A stretch of 63,350 bases of DNA, counting the filler, from Babesia bigemina (Eukaryota), in NCBI RefSeq assembly GCF_000981445.1. It is 9 parts of 9 records of this genome, joined end to end, with 100 filler letters (N's around TTAATTAATTAA, not from the genome) between each part and the next. Parts side by side here need not be neighbours in the genome. Positions count along the whole stretch, not along the records: positions 58,723 to 63,350 come from NW_012237049.1; 8 more parts are not named here. The stretch is one strand, 5' to 3'. The notes beneath the pieces are model-generated. The model ran no database searches. It was not told the origin of the DNA and saw only the letters and a program-made list of their open reading frames with translations. The first letter of the stretch is position 1. Every line of letters begins with the position of its first letter. The translations under genes were made by a program, and so were the position numbers. Positions 63,349-63,350 of the stretch are shown in pieces.

Positions 63349-63350
63349 AC

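Overview
Eukaryotic, not prokaryotic. The window is nine unplaced contigs of a Babesia genome, most likely B. bigemina or a close relative (inferred from the mitochondrial gene order and the ves-type proteins). They are joined by artificial 100-bp spacers (N44-TTAATTAATTAA-N44). Contig 1 is a near-complete linear piroplasm mitochondrial genome: cob, cox3, cox1, scrambled rRNA fragments and terminal inverted repeats. It reads through its cox1 end as a 228-bp perfect fold-back around a 22-nt loop, then blends chimerically into a nuclear Pro/Gln/Gly/Thr repeat gene. The remaining ~55 kb are head-to-tail arrays of ves1-like variant erythrocyte surface antigen genes and fragments. The DNA between them follows a strict order: conserved 3' UTR, 12-bp array, 20-bp array, 22-bp telomere-like G-rich array, common leader, next ves. 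The leader is fused to the ves coding sequence at three different depths and is often out of frame. All four combinations of two N-terminal modules and two body types occur across one conserved box. A second ves tail class is followed by a different module: 24-bp array, conserved ~500-bp block, 74-75-bp intron-like array, small Cys-rich membrane-protein gene. The best candidate for an undescribed system is a satellite-flanked silent ves cassette archive resembling the trypanosome 70-bp-repeat/VSG arrangement. That function is inference only. rRNA fragment and repeat boundaries are approximate.
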